A stretch of 64,000 bases of DNA from an uncultured Bacilli bacterium (GCA_934098435.1 CAKOOV010000002.1:22680-86679); one strand, 5' to 3'. Numbered from the stretch's first letter, positions 30,432-41,576 are shown. Program-made: numbers and translations. Notes: generated by a model from the letters alone, not told the origin.

Positions 30432-31128
30432 AATAGTTTATTATAGAAGCCACATATATACACGCAGTCTCTACTCTAAAAATTAAATTACCAAAAGAAA
30501 CCGGACTATAACCATTATTAATTAAATAGTCCTCTTCCCTATCACTAATACCACCTTCAGGTCCTATTACCACTACAATTTTAGCACAATTATCTATCTT
30601 TTGTAAATAGCAATTCAATAATTTATCCTTTTCTTTTGTTGAAGCAACTAGCCTAACATCACCATCTATTTTAGATAAATCCTTTAAATTAATAATATCA
30701 TGAATAATAGGAACACTAATTCTTTTAGACTGCTCGCTAGCTTCTTTACATATAGTATTCCATCTTATCATTTTTTTACTAATTTTATTATCATCTATTT
30801 TAACAATACTTCTCTCCATATTAACAGGAATAATCTCATTTACACCAAGTTCAGTAAGTTTTTGTAAAATAAGATCCATCTTCTGTTCCTTAACAAGACC
30901 TAAAGCCACAGTAACATCCAAATTAATTTTATTTTCTTCATTTATAATATCAATAATTGATAAAGATAGAGGTTCTATAGAATCTATATTACATATATAT
31001 AACTTCTTATCAAACACAACCTCTATTCTATCACCAATCTTCATTCTCATAACATTCTTAATATGATGAATATCACTATCTCTAAGTATAATTTTATCAT
31101 TATATTCCTTAGCAAAATATCTTTGCAT
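30412..31128 (-). CDS. rsmE: 16S rRNA (uracil1498-N3)-methyltransferase
   Basis: RsmE family length and motifs; position after dnaJ as in Bacillus. Confidence 0.85.
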   Translation of the reverse strand: MQRYFAKEYNDKIILRDSDIHHIKNVMRMKIGDRIEVVFDKKLYICNIDSIEPLSLSIIDIINEENKINLDVTVALGLVKEQKMDLILQKLTELGVNEIIPVNMERSIVKIDDNKISKKMIRWNTICKEASEQSKRISVPIIHDIINLKDLSKIDGDVRLVASTKEKDKLLNCYLQKIDNCAKIVVVIGPEGGISDREEDYLINNGYSPVSFGNLIFRVETACIYVASIINYYGSRGE

Positions 31129-31173
31129 AATATCACTCCATACACAATAATTCGTAAATTAATTATAGCATAT

Positions 31174-31210
31174 AAAAAAGAAAACTTCTATAAATTAATA
31201 AGAAGTTTTC
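31174..31210 (-). terminator. rho-independent terminator after dnaJ
   Basis: Perfect 10-bp stem GAAAACUUCU/AGAAGUUUUC then UUUUUU. Confidence 0.7.
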
Positions 31211-31218
31211 ATATATAT

Positions 31219-32337
31219 TTATTTAATTCTTTTATTATACTTAGTAAATTCACTATCATTATCTAAATCAGTAAGAGCAAGTTCTTTAAATAATTCTTTT
31301 TGACCCCTAGTAAGTTTAGAAGGAATAACTACATTAGTAATAACATACATATCACCTTTCTTACCATTAACATCAGAATCAATACCCTTACCTCTTAATC
31401 TTAATTTACTATTATTTTTAGTACCATCAGGAATAGAAAGCTCTACATTTCCATAAATAGTAGGAATAGTCTTCTTGCATCCAAGTACAGCATCAGTAAT
31501 AGTTAGTGGAACAGTAATATATATATCATTACCATCTCTCTTAAAGAAGTCATCATCTTTAACAGTAAATTCAATATATAAATCTCCATTAGCTCCACCA
31601 TTACTACCAGCTTCTCCTTTACCAGATAGTCTAACTCTATTACCAGTATCTACTCCCTTAGGAACAGTAACAGTAAGAGTTTTAGGTTTAGTAACTCTAC
31701 CCTTACCATGACAATCAGTACAAATTCTATCAAAAGAAGTACCAGTACCACCACAATGACTACAAGTAGTTCTAGATAAAAATGAACCAAACATTGTACT
31801 TTGCTGTTTAGTAACAGTTCCAGTACCTTTACATTCAGGACAAGTATGACTACCAAATCCACCTTGACCCTTACAATTATCACATTCATCTTCTACTTCA
31901 ACCTTAATATCTCTTTTAGTTCCATGAACAGCTTCATCAAAAGATATAGTCATGCGGTATAACAAATCTGCTCCATCCTGTCTTCTATTTGAAGAAGAAC
32001 GAGACGATCTGCCACCAAACATATTACCAAACAAATCACCAAAAATATCTTCCATACCACTAAAGTCGAAACCATCAAATCCAGAAAAACCACCACTTGC
32101 ATTAGTAAATGCTGCATGTCCATATTGATCATATTGACGTCTTTTACTTTCATCAGACAATACCGCATAAGCTTCTTGAACCTCTTTAAATTTTTCCGCA
32201 GCATTTTCTTCTTTAGATACATCTGGATGATACTTTTTAGCAAGTTTTCTAAAAGCTGATTTAATCTCATCTTGACTAGCAGTCTTACTTACACCAAGTA
32301 CCTCATAATAATCTTTTTTATCCATAATTTCCTCCAT
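31219..32337 (-). CDS. dnaJ: chaperone DnaJ
   Basis: J domain with HPD; G/F region; four CxxCxGxG zinc-finger repeats. Confidence 0.95.
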   Translation of the reverse strand: MEEIMDKKDYYEVLGVSKTASQDEIKSAFRKLAKKYHPDVSKEENAAEKFKEVQEAYAVLSDESKRRQYDQYGHAAFTNASGGFSGFDGFDFSGMEDIFGDLFGNMFGGRSSRSSSNRRQDGADLLYRMTISFDEAVHGTKRDIKVEVEDECDNCKGQGGFGSHTCPECKGTGTVTKQQSTMFGSFLSRTTCSHCGGTGTSFDRICTDCHGKGRVTKPKTLTVTVPKGVDTGNRVRLSGKGEAGSNGGANGDLYIEFTVKDDDFFKRDGNDIYITVPLTITDAVLGCKKTIPTIYGNVELSIPDGTKNNSKLRLRGKGIDSDVNGKKGDMYVITNVVIPSKLTRGQKELFKELALTDLDNDSEFTKYNKRIK

Positions 32338-32347
32338 ACATAAGTAT

Positions 32348-32383
32348 AAAGTTCTAGTAGTTAAAACTTTATACTAGAACTTT
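32348..32383 (-). promoter_or_regulatory. stable 12-bp perfect hairpin in the dnaK-dnaJ intergenic region (no U-tail; likely processing/attenuation element)
   Basis: AAAGTTCTAGTA...TACTAGAACTTT. Confidence 0.5.
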
Positions 32384-32391
32384 AACTTTGG

Positions 32392-34236
<1,845 letters not shown>

Positions 34237-34239
34237 TCA

Positions 34240-34452
34240 TTATTTTTTATCTTTATAATCAAACACTTCTTTAATATCTTTGTTCTTATCAGAAGTATTA
34301 TTCTTATTCATTTTAATATTACTATAAATAATAAGACTAAGCATTACCACAAGTATAATAGGTAATAACCATATCATAAACTTAACCGCAAGTATTGATA
34401 ATATAATAGCAATAATAATATAAATAACTTCTTTAATTTTTTCTTTATTCAT
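34240..34452 (-). CDS. possible small membrane protein in the unusually long grpE-dnaK spacer
   Basis: 70-aa ORF with one TM helix; weak RBS. Confidence 0.3.
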   Translation of the reverse strand: MNKEKIKEVIYIIIAIILSILAVKFMIWLLPIILVVMLSLIIYSNIKMNKNNTSDKNKDIKEVFDYKDKK

Positions 34453-34453
34453 A

Positions 34454-35041
34454 TTATTCACTTACCCTTACCATAGCAGTTCTAAGTACTTTGTCTTTAT
34501 ACATATAGCCTTTCTGAAGAACTTCTGTAACAATACCAGGTAAAACACCTTCTATATTATCAACAGCTATAGCCTCATGATAAGCAGGATCAAATGGTTT
34601 ATTTAACGGATCCATCTCTTTAACATCAAACTTAGCAAGCAAATCCTTAATTTGTTTATACATAAGTTTGAATCCAAGAAGAAACTTAGAAACCTCATCA
34701 TCCAAATTATCATCATCCATATTAATAGCTCTTTCAAAATTATCTAATATTGGAAGAAAACCTTTAAGTATATCTTCTTCAGCATATTTAATAATTCTTG
34801 AAGTCTCTTCATCCTTTCTTCTTTTATAATTAACAAGTTCGGCTTGACTTCTCAAAAGAGCATCTTCTAATTTCTTAATTTTATCAAGATTATTATCTTC
34901 TATTTTTTCATCACATGAACATTTCTCATCACAATTACATTCCTCATCGCAATTACATTCATCATTACATGAACATTTACATTCCTCTTTTTTTAGCTCT
35001 TCATTTTTCTTATTTTTATGTTTTTTATCCTTATTCTCCAT
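34454..35041 (-). CDS. grpE: nucleotide exchange factor GrpE with a Cys-rich tandem-repeat N-terminal extension
   Basis: GrpE C-terminal conserved blocks; N-terminal ECKCSCNDECNCDEECNCDEKCSCDE. Confidence 0.9.
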   Translation of the reverse strand: MENKDKKHKNKKNEELKKEECKCSCNDECNCDEECNCDEKCSCDEKIEDNNLDKIKKLEDALLRSQAELVNYKRRKDEETSRIIKYAEEDILKGFLPILDNFERAINMDDDNLDDEVSKFLLGFKLMYKQIKDLLAKFDVKEMDPLNKPFDPAYHEAIAVDNIEGVLPGIVTEVLQKGYMYKDKVLRTAMVRVSE

Positions 35042-36035
35042 TTTCTCCTCCTAAATTATTTTTTATATAATCAAGAAGAGCAACAACCCTATCATACTCC
35101 ATTCTCTTAGGACCAACAATCGCAATTGTACCCTCTTCTCCATTAATATTATATTTTGTTTTAATTACTGAAACATCATCAGTAAGTTTTGTCTCACTAC
35201 CAACATAAATATTAATACCATTATCCTCTTCTTTCATGTTAGAAATACTATCAATATCATCAAACTTACTAAGTATTTCTTTTACCTTATCAATATTACT
35301 AAATTCTGGTTGTTTAAGCATATTATTTCTTCCACCAAAATGAACATCTTCATTAGCAGAAGAAAATTCATGAAAAGCATCATAAAAAGTATTATATAAA
35401 ACTTCATATTGACTTACATAATCTTTTATAATTGGTTTAACCTCATACTCAAGCTTCTCACTAACCTCATTAATAGGAGTACCAGCCACTAACTTATTAA
35501 TAAGTTCTACAGTTTTCTTAATTTCTTCTTTAGATACAACAGTAGGCAAACTAAGTATCTTATGCTGTACAATACCTTTGTCTGTAATAACAATAGATAA
35601 AATCTTATCATCTTCAAGAGGTACAACTTCTACTTTCATAAGTTTATTAGAAGAAGAAGCATTACCAAGTACAACAGCAGTGTAATTAGTTATCTCACTA
35701 ACAATCTCTATACTTCTTTTAATTGTATCATTAAGATCAAGCGAATTATTATGAAATATAGTTTGTAACTTAAGCATATCTTCTCCAGTCATATTCTTAG
35801 GAGTCATAAGATTATCAACATAATACTTATAACCTTTTTCACTAGGAATTCTACCAGAAGCAAAATGATTCTTTTCAAGTAAACCATAATCCTCAAGTAT
35901 CACCATTTCATTTCTAATAGTAGCAGAAGAACACTTAAGTTTCTTGCAAATATGATTAGAACTTACAGCTTTAGCAGTTTTAATATATTCTTCAACAATC
36001 ACTTTTAGTATCTCTTTTTGTCTATTAGTGATCAC
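35031..36035 (-). CDS. hrcA: heat-inducible transcription repressor HrcA; likely GTG start giving MITNRQKEIL
   Basis: N-terminal TNRQ..IL motif; hrcA-grpE-dnaK-dnaJ order; RBS AAAGGAAG 7 nt before GTG. Confidence 0.85.
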   Translation of the reverse strand: MITNRQKEILKVIVEEYIKTAKAVSSNHICKKLKCSSATIRNEMVILEDYGLLEKNHFASGRIPSEKGYKYYVDNLMTPKNMTGEDMLKLQTIFHNNSLDLNDTIKRSIEIVSEITNYTAVVLGNASSSNKLMKVEVVPLEDDKILSIVITDKGIVQHKILSLPTVVSKEEIKKTVELINKLVAGTPINEVSEKLEYEVKPIIKDYVSQYEVLYNTFYDAFHEFSSANEDVHFGGRNNMLKQPEFSNIDKVKEILSKFDDIDSISNMKEEDNGINIYVGSETKLTDDVSVIKTKYNINGEEGTIAIVGPKRMEYDRVVALLDYIKNNLGGENGE

Positions 36036-36048
36036 AATATCACTTCCT

Positions 36049-36074
36049 TTAGCAATTATTATTTCCATTGCTAA
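36049..36074 (-). promoter_or_regulatory. CIRCE-like operator 2 (TTAGCAATG-N8-AATTGCTAA) between the -10 and the hrcA start
   Basis: Inverted repeat similar to CIRCE consensus TTAGCACTC-N9-GAGTGCTAA. Confidence 0.55.
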
Positions 36075-36094
36075 TATCATTATATTACTATTAC

Positions 36095-36121
36095 TTAGCA
36101 ATGTCAACACTAAATTGCTAA
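36095..36121 (-). promoter_or_regulatory. CIRCE-like operator 1 (27 nt, TTAGCAATG-N9-AATTGCTAA) overlapping a TTGACA -35; with TATAAT 17 nt downstream forms the hrcA promoter
   Basis: 7/9 match per arm to CIRCE consensus; same 27-nt total length. Confidence 0.55.
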
Positions 36122-36139
36122 TTTTTTTTTATTTTTTTC

Positions 36140-36167
36140 AAAAAAAAGCTCAGAATCACTTCTGAAC
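36140..36167 (-). terminator. rho-independent terminator after the second bacteriocin peptide gene
   Basis: Minus RNA GUUCAGAA-GUGA-UUCUGAGC (with a G-U pair) followed by U8. Confidence 0.7.
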
Positions 36168-36176
36168 TTTTTCTAA

Positions 36177-36347
36177 CTATAAATTACACATTTTATCTTC
36201 ATTACTTCTTCTAATATAACTACCAAGTGCCTCCCCAAGCTCATATATAAAACTAACTATTTTATATATAGAATTAAGCATCGTAGCACTAATAACATCA
36301 GTTCCCCCATCTATTTTTAACAATTCATCATTATCTAATTTCTTCAT
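36177..36347 (-). CDS. bacteriocin precursor peptide B (56 aa) with double-glycine leader MKKLDNDELLKIDGG; mature TDVISATMLNSIYKIVSFIYELGEALGSYIRRSNEDKMCNL
   Basis: GGAGG RBS 7 nt upstream; GG leader; GxxxG motif; adjacent to a C39-peptidase ABC transporter; below the ORF-track size cutoff. Confidence 0.7.
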   Translation of the reverse strand: MKKLDNDELLKIDGGTDVISATMLNSIYKIVSFIYELGEALGSYIRRSNEDKMCNL

Positions 36348-36360
36348 ATAATAGCCTCCA

Positions 36361-36501
36361 TTAATTACATTTTTGTGGATTAGAATATCCAGATAAAATA
36401 CCCGTTACAAAAGTAATAACCCCCGCTATTACAGATACTATCAAGACAGTACTAGAGCCACCTTCTATTTTTATAAGTTCATTCTTATTAAGTTCTTTCA
36501 T
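36361..36501 (-). CDS. bacteriocin precursor peptide A (46 aa) with double-glycine leader MKELNKNELIKIEGG; hydrophobic mature SSTVLIVSVIAGVITFVTGILSGYSNPQKCN
   Basis: AGGAGG RBS 5 nt upstream overlapping the stop of the preceding gene; GG leader; GxxxG motifs. Confidence 0.7.
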   Translation of the reverse strand: MKELNKNELIKIEGGSSTVLIVSVIAGVITFVTGILSGYSNPQKCN

Positions 36502-36510
36502 ATAAACCTC

Positions 36511-36939
36511 CTATTTAAACAAATAATCAAATACTCTTTTATCTTCCTTTAACAATTTAAGTTCCAAAATCAAATTAACATACTTATAATTATCAGAAAG
36601 TTCCAATCCTATATCAACAATTACATAAGTATCTACACCATTAGTATAATACTCTTCATTAGTAGAAATAATACTATATTTATAACTATCATTATCAATA
36701 TATAAAACATTACTATTATTAAAATAACCAATATAATTTCTAGGTACATAGACCATTAAATAATATTTATCATCAGAAGAAGATACAATACCATTAACTT
36801 TATAATATGTTTTATAATGAAATAATAATAAAAATATAATTAAAGAAAGTACTATTACAATAATAATCATTATATAAACATATACTATAGGCTTAATATC
36901 TTTATTTAAAATAATTCTACTATCAATACAATTATTCAT
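36511..36939 (-). CDS. 142-aa single-pass membrane protein in the bacteriocin operon (candidate immunity or accessory protein)
   Basis: One TM helix; 8-nt overlap with the ABC transporter gene; RBS of peptide A overlaps its stop. Confidence 0.55.
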   Translation of the reverse strand: MNNCIDSRIILNKDIKPIVYVYIMIIIVIVLSLIIFLLLFHYKTYYKVNGIVSSSDDKYYLMVYVPRNYIGYFNNSNVLYIDNDSYKYSIISTNEEYYTNGVDTYVIVDIGLELSDNYKYVNLILELKLLKEDKRVFDYLFK

Positions 36940-39019
36940 CGCATCTTCTCCTTTCTAAATTAATAACTTCTCCATTAGAAAACCTAATCATTCTATCATA
37001 TAAATCAATATTTTCTTTTCTATGTGATATAACAATAATAGTTTTATCTTTATAATAATAAAATAAATTTTTAAGTATTTTTCTTTCAAGATTAATATCA
37101 ATCTGATTAAACCCTTCATCAATCATAATAACATTACTCTTCTTAAGTAAACTTCTAGCCAAAATAATTCTTTGTCTTTGACCACCAGAAATATTAACAC
37201 CATTTTCCTCAAGCATAAAATTATCTCCCAAAGGATTATCTTTTATAATATCATTCACATAACACATATTAATAACATTTAAATATTCACTTTTATCTAT
37301 ATTTCTACCAAGTAAAATATTATCTCGGATGGTCTTGGTATATAACATTTCATTTTGTGAAATATAGACAATATTACTTCTAATATCATTAAGACTAAAA
37401 TCATTAATATCATAATTGTTTATAAAAATATTATCACGTCCGCAGTCCAAATACCTATAAATAAGTTTTAGTAATGTTGATTTACCACTTCCTGAAGTTC
37501 CAACAATAACAGTCTTTTCTCCATTTCTAATAAAAAAATTAACATTATTCAAAATATTATATTTATTATTATAAGTATAACTTAAATTCTTAACAACAAT
37601 ATCTCCATTAACTACAAGGTCATCCAATTCACCAATATTTTCTACCGAATTATTTAATAAACTATTAACCCTTTTAATAGAACTATTAATATAATGATAC
37701 TCATTCAAAACACCTAAAATATTTTTCCCCGGAGAAATAACATAATTAGCAAATAACATAACAGTAAAATAATCCCCAGTACTCAAACTATCATACATAA
37801 CAAATTTAATACCAAAATAACTAATTATCAAAAGACCAATATCTTCAATCAAAAATCTAATAAATATAATAACATTATTAATTCTTTCCCCATAAAATAA
37901 ATTATTTAAAAAAGAATTATAAACACTATCAAAATCATAAATAACATTATCTTCAATATTAAGTCCTTTAACAGTTTCAAAAGAACTAACATTTTCAATA
38001 ATTAAACCATTAATTTTAGCCATATTCTCCTGTTTTCTTAAAGTAATATTTTTTATAATAGGATTAAATATTAATACTATTAAATAATAAATAAATATAA
38101 TAACCATAAGTATTAAAAATATTTTAATATTAATATTACAAATAATAATACTAGCCACTATAAATAGTAGATTATCAACCAAAAAAATCATAATAAATTT
38201 AGAAATAAAATTCTTAACACTAAACAAATCACTAATACGTGATAATACTTCTGATGTCGTTTTATTTTTATAATACTTATAAGGAAGTAAAATAATTTTA
38301 GTAAAAGCACTAAGTATCATACTAATATCTAACTTTTGGTTCAAATAAATAATCAAATAATTCCTAATAAAACTAGTTACATTTTTAATAATAATCAAAA
38401 TGGAGAATATAATTGTTATAATTAGTAAATTATTAGTATTAGTATCAATTACATTATCAAACACAAATTTAGAATATAAAGATATTAAACAAGATAAAGA
38501 AGTAAATATTATAGACAATATAAAAACAAATAAAATACAATATCTATTATTAATAATAGAACTAAATAATATTTTAGTAATTTCTTTACCACTTTTTAAA
38601 ACTAAAACATTTTCCCTTTTCTCAAATAACATAATATTTCCTGTAAAATTATTAGAAAAATCAAAAATATCCACTTCTATTCTACCCTTAGCAGGATCCA
38701 TAATAAACATCTTATTATCATTTATTTTATAAACAACAACAAAATGAAAATAATTATCTACTTTAATTTGAGCAATAAAAGGCTCATTTAATTCACTAAG
38801 TTTTAAAATATCCGCTACTCTATAACCAATACCAATAAGTCCAATCTTATTAGCGGCCTCTTTAATATTATAAAAATTAGTTCCTTCTTTCGTAGTTTTA
38901 GTTAAATCAATTAATCTATCTAATGATACATCACCTCCATAATAACGAATAATTGATAATAAAGCAGCAGCCCCACAATCCTTACTTCCTTCTTGAAGTA
39001 CAATTAACTTTTGCTTCAT
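36932..39019 (-). CDS. bacteriocin-processing and export ABC transporter with N-terminal C39 peptidase domain (ComA/LcnC/LagD type)
   Basis: C39 motifs QEGSKDCGAAAL and HFVVVY; 6-TM domain; Walker A GTSGSGKST, LSGGQRQR signature; GAGGAGG RBS before MKQKL. Confidence 0.85.
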   Translation of the reverse strand: MKQKLIVLQEGSKDCGAAALLSIIRYYGGDVSLDRLIDLTKTTKEGTNFYNIKEAANKIGLIGIGYRVADILKLSELNEPFIAQIKVDNYFHFVVVYKINDNKMFIMDPAKGRIEVDIFDFSNNFTGNIMLFEKRENVLVLKSGKEITKILFSSIINNRYCILFVFILSIIFTSLSCLISLYSKFVFDNVIDTNTNNLLIITIIFSILIIIKNVTSFIRNYLIIYLNQKLDISMILSAFTKIILLPYKYYKNKTTSEVLSRISDLFSVKNFISKFIMIFLVDNLLFIVASIIICNINIKIFLILMVIIFIYYLIVLIFNPIIKNITLRKQENMAKINGLIIENVSSFETVKGLNIEDNVIYDFDSVYNSFLNNLFYGERINNVIIFIRFLIEDIGLLIISYFGIKFVMYDSLSTGDYFTVMLFANYVISPGKNILGVLNEYHYINSSIKRVNSLLNNSVENIGELDDLVVNGDIVVKNLSYTYNNKYNILNNVNFFIRNGEKTVIVGTSGSGKSTLLKLIYRYLDCGRDNIFINNYDINDFSLNDIRSNIVYISQNEMLYTKTIRDNILLGRNIDKSEYLNVINMCYVNDIIKDNPLGDNFMLEENGVNISGGQRQRIILARSLLKKSNVIMIDEGFNQIDINLERKILKNLFYYYKDKTIIVISHRKENIDLYDRMIRFSNGEVINLERRRCDE

Positions 39020-39181
39020 ATTATACCTCCTCATATATATAAACACCAAAAATTCCTAAAAATTGTAATTTTTACAAAAAAAAAATTAATTTTTTTATAA
39101 TATTTTAATCAAATCATATATTTTTAGTAGTCATATTGATATTTCAAAACAATTTTGATACAATATCTTTGGTGAAAAAAT

Positions 39182-39754
39182 ATGTTAAGTATAAAAAATA
39201 ATAATAAATATGAATACATAATAAAAAATTCCAAATTTATATCCCTACTATTTAAAGTAACAATAAAAGAAGAAGTAAAAGATTATTTAAATAAAGTAAA
39301 AGAAGAATATCCTAATGCTACTCACTATTGCTATGCATACATAATAGATAACGACACCAAATTTTCCGATGATGGAGAACCATCTAAAACAGCAGGATTC
39401 CCCATTCTTACCCAATTAGAAGGAAATAATTTAAATTACGTATTAATAATTGTTGTAAGATATTTTGGCGGTATAAAATTAGGAACAGGTTTGTTAACAA
39501 GAACATATTCAAAAGTAGCTAAAGAAGTAATAACTAAAGATAACATTATAGAACTAACCAAAGGCTATAATATAACCATAATTTTTGAATACGAAAACAT
39601 AAAAAACATAGACTATCTATTAAAAGATAGTCAAATAATAAAAAAAGAATTTCAAGATAATATAATATATAATGCAAATGTTAATGAAGAGACATTTAAT
39701 AAATTACAAAACTATAATATAAAAATAAATAAAATAATATATATAAAAAAATAG
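39182..39754 (+). CDS. YigZ/IMPACT family protein (UPF0029)
   Basis: HYCYAY, SDDGEPSKTAG and RYFGGIKLG motifs. Confidence 0.75.
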   Translation: MLSIKNNNKYEYIIKNSKFISLLFKVTIKEEVKDYLNKVKEEYPNATHYCYAYIIDNDTKFSDDGEPSKTAGFPILTQLEGNNLNYVLIIVVRYFGGIKLGTGLLTRTYSKVAKEVITKDNIIELTKGYNITIIFEYENIKNIDYLLKDSQIIKKEFQDNIIYNANVNEETFNKLQNYNIKINKIIYIKK

Positions 39755-39772
39755 CCTTAAAGCTATTTTTTA
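39744..39772. terminator. bidirectional terminator (AAAAAATAGC-N6-GCTATTTTTT) between convergent genes
   Basis: 6-bp stem flanked by an A-run and a T-run; the same motif recurs at 41564 and 54186. Confidence 0.6.
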
Positions 39773-40771
39773 ATTTCTACCAAGTCCTACTTTTTTAAAT
39801 ACATCTAAAGTCTTCTCTTTAGCTATCTCACAAGTCTTTTCTCTTCCCTTATCAAGTATATCATCGAGCATAGAACTATTAATAATTTCATTATATTTAT
39901 CTTGAATATTTGAAAGTACGCTAACAACTACATCAGCCACTTCTTTCTTAAAGTTTCCATAATTATAATCCTTAAAATAATTTTCTGCTTCTTCTATAGA
40001 TATATTTTTTAAAGAAGAATATATCGTAAGTAAATTAGAAACACCAGGTTTATTATCTTTGTCATAATATATTTTATTATCACTATCAGTAACAGCGGAC
40101 ATTATCTTCTTTCTAATTGTTTTTTCATCATCCAAAAGAAGAATTACCCCTTTATAAGTTTCATCGCTCTTACTCATCTTTTTAGTGGGATCCTGAAGAT
40201 CCATAATCTTAATGCCAATTTCACTCATCATAGGTTCTGGCATTTTAAAAGTATTACCATAAGTATTATTAAATCTAAGAGCAATATTTCTAGCAAGTTC
40301 AACATGTTGTTTTTGATCAATTCCAACAGGAACATAATCAGCATCATATAAAAGAATATCTGCTGCCATAAGTATAGGATAAGTAAATAAACCAACCGTA
40401 ACATTTTCACCCTTACTAGATTTATCCTTATATTGTGTCATTCTAGAAGCTTCACCCATATAAGTAGTACATTCTAAAACCCAGGATAAATTAGCATGAT
40501 ATAAATTCTCAGATTGTAAATATATCGTATTTTTATTTGGATCAACACCACAAGCCAAATATAAAGCCACATTTTTTTTAATTCTTTCTCTTAACATTTT
40601 AGGATCTTGCTTAACAGTAATAGCATGCATATCAGGTACAAACATAAAAGAATCATATTCATCCTGAAGTTTAACCATTTGATTAATACAGCCAATCAAA
40701 CTTCCTAAAGTAAGTTCACCACTAGGTTTCAAACCAGTTAAAATCCTTTTCATATTACACCTCTTTCTCAT
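39770..40771 (-). CDS. trpS: tryptophanyl-tRNA synthetase
   Basis: TGLKPSGELTLGSLIG HIGH-like region and KMSKS motif. Confidence 0.9.
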   Translation of the reverse strand: MRKRCNMKRILTGLKPSGELTLGSLIGCINQMVKLQDEYDSFMFVPDMHAITVKQDPKMLRERIKKNVALYLACGVDPNKNTIYLQSENLYHANLSWVLECTTYMGEASRMTQYKDKSSKGENVTVGLFTYPILMAADILLYDADYVPVGIDQKQHVELARNIALRFNNTYGNTFKMPEPMMSEIGIKIMDLQDPTKKMSKSDETYKGVILLLDDEKTIRKKIMSAVTDSDNKIYYDKDNKPGVSNLLTIYSSLKNISIEEAENYFKDYNYGNFKKEVADVVVSVLSNIQDKYNEIINSSMLDDILDKGREKTCEIAKEKTLDVFKKVGLGRN

Positions 40772-40856
40772 TAATTATATTATAATATAACATTTTTTTC
40801 AATATTAGTATCAAAAAAAATAATTTTATGTTATAATTACGAAGTGAGGTATTTAT

Positions 40857-41576
40857 ATGATGTACAATATTAGTTTTTATTTCATATTATTTCTAATATA
40901 CTCCATAATAGGTTGGACATTAGAAGTAATATCTGTCTTTATCGGAACAAAAAAATTTATCAATAGAGGATTCATGTTAGGACCATATTGTCCTATTTAT
41001 GGATATTCCAGTATCATAATGATATTCTATTTAAATCATTATAAAGATAATCCATTAACTGTTTTCTTATTAGCGGTAATAATATGTAGTTTTATAGAAT
41101 ATCTAATAAGCTACATAATGGAAAAAATGTTTTCTGCTAGATGGTGGGATTACTCCCATAGAAAATTTAATATCAATGGAAGAGTATGCCTAACAAATGC
41201 CTTTCTATTTGGTATTTTAGGAGTAATATTAGTATATATAGCCAATCCATTTTTCACTGAATTATTATCAAAAGTAGACAAAAACACATTAACAATAATA
41301 GGCATAATTCTAATAATACTATTTATAAGTGATCTAATAACATCCTTAATAGTAACGTTTAATCTAAAGAGTAAAATTAAAAACTTAAATATAGATGTAA
41401 CTGAAGAACTAAATAAAAAGATAAAAGAATTATTAGAAACAAAAGTATTAAACAGAAGAATATTAAAAGCTTATCCAAAGTATAGAGTCAACATAATAAA
41501 AAAATATTCCAAAACAAAACATGAAAAACTAAAAGATAAAATAGAAAAAGTCAAAGATAAATTAAAAAATAGCTAA
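40857..41576 (+). CDS. polytopic membrane protein (possibly PF06541-like putative ABC-transporter type IV family)
   Basis: Multiple TM helices; WWDYSH motif; Lys-rich C-terminal tail. Confidence 0.45.
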   Translation: MMYNISFYFILFLIYSIIGWTLEVISVFIGTKKFINRGFMLGPYCPIYGYSSIIMIFYLNHYKDNPLTVFLLAVIICSFIEYLISYIMEKMFSARWWDYSHRKFNINGRVCLTNAFLFGILGVILVYIANPFFTELLSKVDKNTLTIIGIILIILFISDLITSLIVTFNLKSKIKNLNIDVTEELNKKIKELLETKVLNRRILKAYPKYRVNIIKKYSKTKHEKLKDKIEKVKDKLKNS

